NCBI GenBank assembly: GCA_964427285.1
Contig: CAYRTS010000005.1
Coordinates: 3,646-67,645, forward strand
Length of the DNA stretch: 64,000 nucleotides
Direction: 5' to 3'
DNA from: an uncultured Anaerolineaceae bacterium
GTDB taxonomy: Bacteria; Chloroflexota; Limnocylindria; Limnocylindrales; CSP1-4
The notes beneath the pieces are model-generated. The model was not told the origin of the DNA and ran no database searches. It was given only the letters and a program-made list of their open reading frames with translations. This document shows, piece after piece, positions 59,606 through 64,000 of the stretch. The first letter of the stretch is position 1. Every line of letters starts with the position of its first letter. The translations under genes were made by a program, and so were the position numbers.

Positions 59606-59622
59606 GGCGGATGAACTCCTCG

Positions 59623-60054
59623 TCAGGCGAGCGGCTCAGGCCGCTGGGCCTGATGGGGATGATCGGATCCGGCGTAACACTTCAGCTTGCGAAGCTGCTG
59701 CGTGCCGAGACGATTGTGGGGAAGCATCCCCTTGACCGCTCGGCGGATGACCTCTTCGGGGCGCCGCGCCAGGAGATGCCCCAGTGTCTCCTGCTTGAAG
59801 CCCTGCGGGAAGCCGCTGTGGCGGCTATAGAGCTTGCTCTCGAGCTTGTTCCGGGTCACGGTGATGTGCGAGGCGTTGAGGACGATGACGTGATCGCCCG
59901 AATCAAGGTTGGGCTGCCAGGTGGGCTTGTGTTTGCCCTCGAGGACATGCGCGATCCGGGACGCGAGCCGGCCAAGGGTCTGGTCCTTCGCATCCACGAC
60001 AAACCAGTTTCGCACGATTTCGCTCTCGCGTGCCGAGTAGGTCTTCGCGTTCAT
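59623..60054 (-). CDS. rplM: 50S ribosomal protein L13
   Basis: [36 protein letters not shown]. Confidence 0.99.
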   Translation of the reverse strand: MNAKTYSARESEIVRNWFVVDAKDQTLGRLASRIAHVLEGKHKPTWQPNLDSGDHVIVLNASHITVTRNKLESKLYSRHSGFPQGFKQETLGHLLARRPEEVIRRAVKGMLPHNRLGTQQLRKLKCYAGSDHPHQAQRPEPLA

Positions 60055-60815
60055 CGTTCCTCGTGTTCTCCCTGCATTGTGCCTGGCCGTCGCCCGATGG
60101 CCACGTGCCTGAGGCACAGCCCCTTTGCGGGTGCTGCTGCCCCGTCGAAGGCCGGTCCAGGTCCGGCCAGTGCCGCCAGGACCGCGGTTTCATCTGCCTT
60201 GCCGAGTCCGACCTCCAGAAGGACAGCCACCATGCGGCGGACCATTCCCCGCAGGAACGAGTCGGCCCGGACGTCGATCGTCACGAGTCTACCCTCCCGA
60301 CGGATCCGGACCAGGCTGACGGTCCGGATCGGCGAGCGATCCGACGCCCCGAAGGCACTGAAGTCGTGTCGGCCGATGAAGGTCGACCCGGCTCGTGCCA
60401 TCGCGGTGATGTCGAGCGGGGCCCGCACCCCGAGCGCGATTCGCTCGAATAGCGGACTGCGCGGCCCGTTCCAGACGGTGTAGCGGTACTCCCGATACCG
60501 CGCCGCATAGCGAGGATTGAACTCGGCCCGGGCTCGTCGTACACCGGTCACGGCGACGTCCCGAGGGAGGATCGCATCAAGCGCCCGACCCAGTTCCGCC
60601 TCCGCGAGTCGCCCGGTATAGGTGAACCCAATCACCTGCATCCGTGCGTGGACTCCGGCGTCCGTGCGACCGGCCCCGTCGACCCGCTGGTCCGTCCCGT
60701 TGCCGAGTCGGGCGAGCGAAGCCTCCAGGACCCCCTGGACCGTCCGCCTGCCAGGCTGCACCTGGAAACCGGCAAAGTCCGTTCCGTCATATTCGACCGT
60801 TGCGCGGTAGCGCAT
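60051..60815 (-). CDS. truA: tRNA pseudouridine(38-40) synthase
   Basis: YDGTDFAGFQ, GAGRTDAGVHA, HDFSAF and SFLRGMVR. Confidence 0.97.
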   Translation of the reverse strand: MRYRATVEYDGTDFAGFQVQPGRRTVQGVLEASLARLGNGTDQRVDGAGRTDAGVHARMQVIGFTYTGRLAEAELGRALDAILPRDVAVTGVRRARAEFNPRYAARYREYRYTVWNGPRSPLFERIALGVRAPLDITAMARAGSTFIGRHDFSAFGASDRSPIRTVSLVRIRREGRLVTIDVRADSFLRGMVRRMVAVLLEVGLGKADETAVLAALAGPGPAFDGAAAPAKGLCLRHVAIGRRPGTMQGEHEER

Positions 60816-60835
60816 CGGCGCGCCCTCTCGAGCGC

Positions 60836-61189
60836 CTACACCAATTCGATCTGGACGATCTCGGCCGCATCCCCGCGGCGTTGACCCATGCGGATGATCC
60901 GGGTGAACCCCGACGTTCGATCCGCGTACTTCGGGGCGATCTCGTCGAACAGCTTGGCAACCACCAGCGGCTCGTTTGGAAATTGGGCAACGACCGTGCG
61001 CCGTGCCGAGATGTCACCGCGCTTGGCCAGGGTGATCATCTTCTCCACCCGCCCGCTGATCTCCTTGGCCTTCGCTTCGGTCGTCTTGACCCGCTCATAG
61101 CGAATCACCGATACAGTCAGGTTCTTGAACAGGCTGATCCGCGGACCCTGCTTGCGGCTGAGTTTACGGCCCCCGATCCGGTGCGCCAT
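60836..61189 (-). CDS. rplQ: 50S ribosomal protein L17
   Basis: RKLSR..TTEAKAKE..GFTRI..RRGDAA. Confidence 0.98.
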   Translation of the reverse strand: MAHRIGGRKLSRKQGPRISLFKNLTVSVIRYERVKTTEAKAKEISGRVEKMITLAKRGDISARRTVVAQFPNEPLVVAKLFDEIAPKYADRTSGFTRIIRMGQRRGDAAEIVQIELV

Positions 61190-61192
61190 CGC

Positions 61193-62188
61193 TCAGCCCT
61201 CCGCCTCGTCGTCGAAGCTATCTTCCTCGTCGACGTCGGCCTCGGCCAGACCGTCAGATTCAGTCTCCGGGATGATGAAGCCGCGCATCCGCAGCCGCTC
61301 CTTCATCTCGTCAAGCGACTTCTTGCCAAAGTTGCGCATCCGCAGCAGATCATCGTCCTTGAGTTGGAGCAACTGGCCAACCTTGACGATGTTGTTGCGC
61401 TTGAGCGAGTTGTAGGCCCGCATCGGGAGGTCGAGTTCCTCGATGGGCATGTCCAGCATGTTTGCCGGCAGGACGGCTCCGACCCCAGCCGACGCGGTCG
61501 GAACGGCAGCGAGGCCGACCGTCACGAAGGGGCGGAACTGGTTGACCAGGATCTCGGCGGAGCGACTGAGGGCCTCCTCCGGTCCGATCGTGCCATCGGT
61601 CTCGATCTCGATGGTGAGCTTGTCGTAGTTGGTCACCTGGCCGACGCGCATGCTCTCGACGGCGTAGTTGACCTTGCGGACCGGCGTGAAGATGGCGTCC
61701 ACCGCGATGACCCCGATCGGCAGCGCCTCCGCGCGCTCGGCCCCGAGGTACCCGACGCCACGTTCGACGGTCAGGTCGAGTTCGATCGTCACGTCATCGG
61801 TGTCGAGGGTCATCAGGATCAGGTCACCATTGATGATCTCGACATCGGCCGATTCGGCGATGTCAGCAGCCATGACCGAGCCTGCACCACTCTTGATCAG
61901 GCGCAACTGGACCGGATGATCGGCGTAGCTCTTGAGCCGCAACTTCTTGATGTTCAGGACGATCTGGGTGACGTCTTCTTTGACCCCGGGGATCGTGGAA
62001 AACTCCTGGTAGACGTCACGGATCTGGATGCTGGTTACCGCAGCGCCTTCGAGCGATGACAGCAGCACCCGTCGGAGCGCGTTGCCGATGGTGACGCCGT
62101 AACCGGCCTGAAGGGGCCCGGCTTCGTACTTGGCATACGTGCCGGCTTCCTCGATAGGCTCGATCTGCGGAGTCTCGAGTTCGATCAT
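61193..62188 (-). CDS. rpoA: RNA polymerase alpha subunit
   Basis: GYGVTIGNALRRVLLSSL and alpha-CTD IEELDL..RAYNSLKR..RNFGKKSLDE. Confidence 0.99.
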   Translation of the reverse strand: MIELETPQIEPIEEAGTYAKYEAGPLQAGYGVTIGNALRRVLLSSLEGAAVTSIQIRDVYQEFSTIPGVKEDVTQIVLNIKKLRLKSYADHPVQLRLIKSGAGSVMAADIAESADVEIINGDLILMTLDTDDVTIELDLTVERGVGYLGAERAEALPIGVIAVDAIFTPVRKVNYAVESMRVGQVTNYDKLTIEIETDGTIGPEEALSRSAEILVNQFRPFVTVGLAAVPTASAGVGAVLPANMLDMPIEELDLPMRAYNSLKRNNIVKVGQLLQLKDDDLLRMRNFGKKSLDEMKERLRMRGFIIPETESDGLAEADVDEEDSFDDEAEG

Positions 62189-62198
62189 CAGGGTTCAG

Positions 62199-62825
62199 TT
62201 ACCTCGAGTAGTACTCGACCACAAGCTGCTCGTTGAGGTCGAGCGGCATCTGGTCGCGGGTTGGCGGGGCGACGATCGAGCCACTGAGGCTCTGCGGATC
62301 AACGGTCAGCCACTCCGGCGCCTGATGTGACCGCAGGGTCTCGCGGGCGATCTTGAACGGCTCACGAACGCGATGCGACTCGCGGACCTCGACCCGATCG
62401 CCGGGCTTGAGCTGGTAGGACGAAATGTTCGTGGGTCGACCGTTGACGCTGAAATGGCCGTGGCCGACGAACTGGCGAGCCTGGGCCCGGGAGGCTGCGA
62501 TCCCCATCCGGTAGACGACGTTGTCCAGCCGCAGCTCCAGTGACCGGAGCAGGCTCTCGCCGGTCACGCCCGGCCGGTTCTCGGCGTCGACGAAATAATT
62601 CCGGAACTGGCGCTCCAGCACGCCGTAGGTTCGGCGGACCTTCTGCTTCTCGCGCAACTGGAGCCCGTACTCGCCGACCTTGCGGCGACGCACGCCGTGC
62701 TGGCCGGGCGGCGTGGGCCGGCGCTCGAACGCGCACTTCTTGGAGTAGCAGCGCAGCCCCTTGAGGAAGAGCTTGGCGCCCTCCCGTCGGCAAAGACGGC
62801 AGACAGATTCGGTGTAACGGGCCAT
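62199..62825 (-). CDS. rpsD: 30S ribosomal protein S4 (Zn-binding C+ form)
   Basis: [22 protein letters not shown] and LELRLDN. Confidence 0.99.
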   Translation of the reverse strand: MARYTESVCRLCRREGAKLFLKGLRCYSKKCAFERRPTPPGQHGVRRRKVGEYGLQLREKQKVRRTYGVLERQFRNYFVDAENRPGVTGESLLRSLELRLDNVVYRMGIAASRAQARQFVGHGHFSVNGRPTNISSYQLKPGDRVEVRESHRVREPFKIARETLRSHQAPEWLTVDPQSLSGSIVAPPTRDQMPLDLNEQLVVEYYSR

Positions 62826-62840
62826 GGGTCCTTCTGGGCT

Positions 62841-63236
62841 CTAGACGCGGCGGCGCTTGGGGGGGCGGCAGCCGTTGTGTGGGATGGGCGTGACGTCCGT
62901 GATGGCGTTGACCTCGAGCCCCGCGGCCTGAAGCGATCGCACGGCTTGCTCGCGTCCAGCGCCTGGTCCCTTCACGTAGACCTCGACCTGGCGCATGCCG
63001 TGCTCCATCGCCCGCTTGGCGGCACCTTCAGCGGAGAGCGCCGCCGCATATGGCGTGCTCTTGCGGGAGCCCTTGAAGCCGGCCACGCCGGCGGAGCCCC
63101 AGCTGATGACTGCACCATTGAGGTCCGTGATGGTGATGATCGTGTTATTGAACGTGGCCTGAATGTGCACATGCCCCTGTGGCACGTTCTTCTTCTCGCG
63201 GCGACGTACCTTGACCGCGCGCTTGCGTTCCGCCAT
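62841..63236 (-). CDS. rpsK: 30S ribosomal protein S11
   Basis: [19 protein letters not shown] and [18 protein letters not shown]. Confidence 0.99.
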   Translation of the reverse strand: MAERKRAVKVRRREKKNVPQGHVHIQATFNNTIITITDLNGAVISWGSAGVAGFKGSRKSTPYAAALSAEGAAKRAMEHGMRQVEVYVKGPGAGREQAVRSLQAAGLEVNAITDVTPIPHNGCRPPKRRRV

Positions 63237-63253
63237 GCCTGGTCAGTCCCTCG

Positions 63254-63625
63254 TCATTTCTTGCGCCTGACGCCGACCGTCTTCTTCGGTCCGCGACGCT
63301 GGCGAGCGTTGGTCTTGGTTCGCTGGCCGCGGACCGGCAGGTTGCGCCGATGCCGCAGCCCCCGGTACGAGCCGATTTCGATGAGTCGCTTGACGTTGAG
63401 GGCCACCTCGCGGCGGAGATCGCCTTCGACCTTGTAGCGGCGGTCGATCAACTCCCGGAGGCGGTTGACCTGTTCCTCCGTGAGGTCGCGGACTCGGGTG
63501 TCAGGATTGATGTTCGTCTGGGCGAGGATCTTCTGACTGGTCGGAAGACCGATCCCGAACACGTAGGTGAGGGCCACCTCCACGCGCTTCTCGCGCGGGA
63601 CGTCGACGCCGGCGATACGGGCCAT
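63254..63625 (-). CDS. rpsM: 30S ribosomal protein S13
   Basis: MARIAGV and [22 protein letters not shown]. Confidence 0.99.
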   Translation of the reverse strand: MARIAGVDVPREKRVEVALTYVFGIGLPTSQKILAQTNINPDTRVRDLTEEQVNRLRELIDRRYKVEGDLRREVALNVKRLIEIGSYRGLRHRRNLPVRGQRTKTNARQRRGPKKTVGVRRKK

Positions 63626-63628
63626 CGC

Positions 63629-63742
63629 TTACCCCTGCCGCTGCTTGTGCTTCGGATTGGTGCAGATGACCATCACAGTGCCGTGGCGACGAATGACCTT
63701 GCAGTGGTCACAGCGGGCCTTGACGGAGGCTCTGACTTTCAA
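63629..63742 (-). CDS. rpmJ: 50S ribosomal protein L36 (C+ form)
   Basis: Not in the ORF track. TTG start, [37 protein letters not shown]. Confidence 0.98.
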   Translation of the reverse strand: MKVRASVKARCDHCKVIRRHGTVMVICTNPKHKQRQG

Positions 63743-63773
63743 CGGTTCCTCGATCGTCTGCTTGGTGGCTGGG

Positions 63774-63992
63774 TTACTTGAGTCGGTAGGTGATCCGGCC
63801 GCGGGTCAGGTCGTACGGCGACAGCTCGACGCGGACACGATCCCCTGGCAGGATCCGGATGAAATTCATCCGCAACTTGCCGCTGATGTGGGCGAGCACC
63901 TTGTGGCCGTTCTCCAGCTCGACCGCGAACATGGTGTTGGGAAGGGGTTCAACTACGGTTCCCTCCACTTCGATCGCATCGCGCTTGGCCAC
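63774..63992 (-). CDS. infA: Translation initiation factor IF-1
   Basis: [33 protein letters not shown]. Confidence 0.99.
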   Translation of the reverse strand: MAKRDAIEVEGTVVEPLPNTMFAVELENGHKVLAHISGKLRMNFIRILPGDRVRVELSPYDLTRGRITYRLK

Positions 63993-64000
63993 AGGCTGTG

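Overview
High-GC (about 70% by eye) bacterial chromosomal window. Gene content and order suggest Chloroflexota, possibly Limnocylindria; this is inference and no search was run. The right half (about 33-64 kb, almost all minus strand) is a housekeeping superoperon: infA-rpmJ-rpsM-rpsK-rpsD-rpoA-rplQ-truA-rplM-rpsI, argF-TPR, cdaA-cdaR-glmM-glmS-acpS-nnrD-alr, a four-gene insert (macrodomain, small helical protein, GlmL/MutL-like protein, partner), tsaE-tsaB-rimI-tsaD-rsmA-ispE-ridA, glmU-hemolysin/CBS, idsA and recO-PPOX-glyQS. The left half holds dnaG (partial), deaD, envelope genes (lipoprotein, MMPL, TolB-like propeller) and central-metabolism genes (malic enzyme, ADH, ppdK, fpr). It also holds an accessory nitrogen-catabolism region at about 9.3-22.4 kb. 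The most interesting element is a PucR-family-controlled operon that joins an E. coli yahE-yahF-yahG-yahI-type module (DUF2877/FdrA/DUF1116/carbamate kinase) to a triuret-hydrolase-like cysteine hydrolase, an NCS2-like permease and a stand-alone allophanate-hydrolase C-domain. This is a candidate undescribed, ATP-yielding ureide (triuret/biuret/oxalurate) pathway. Also notable: a head-to-head glpK'/histidine-kinase' deletion scar, a motif-dense region upstream of dnaG, a 15-bp x4 array abutting the glmU -35 box, and many apparently leaderless genes. No rRNA, tRNA, CRISPR array, transposase or integrase was seen.
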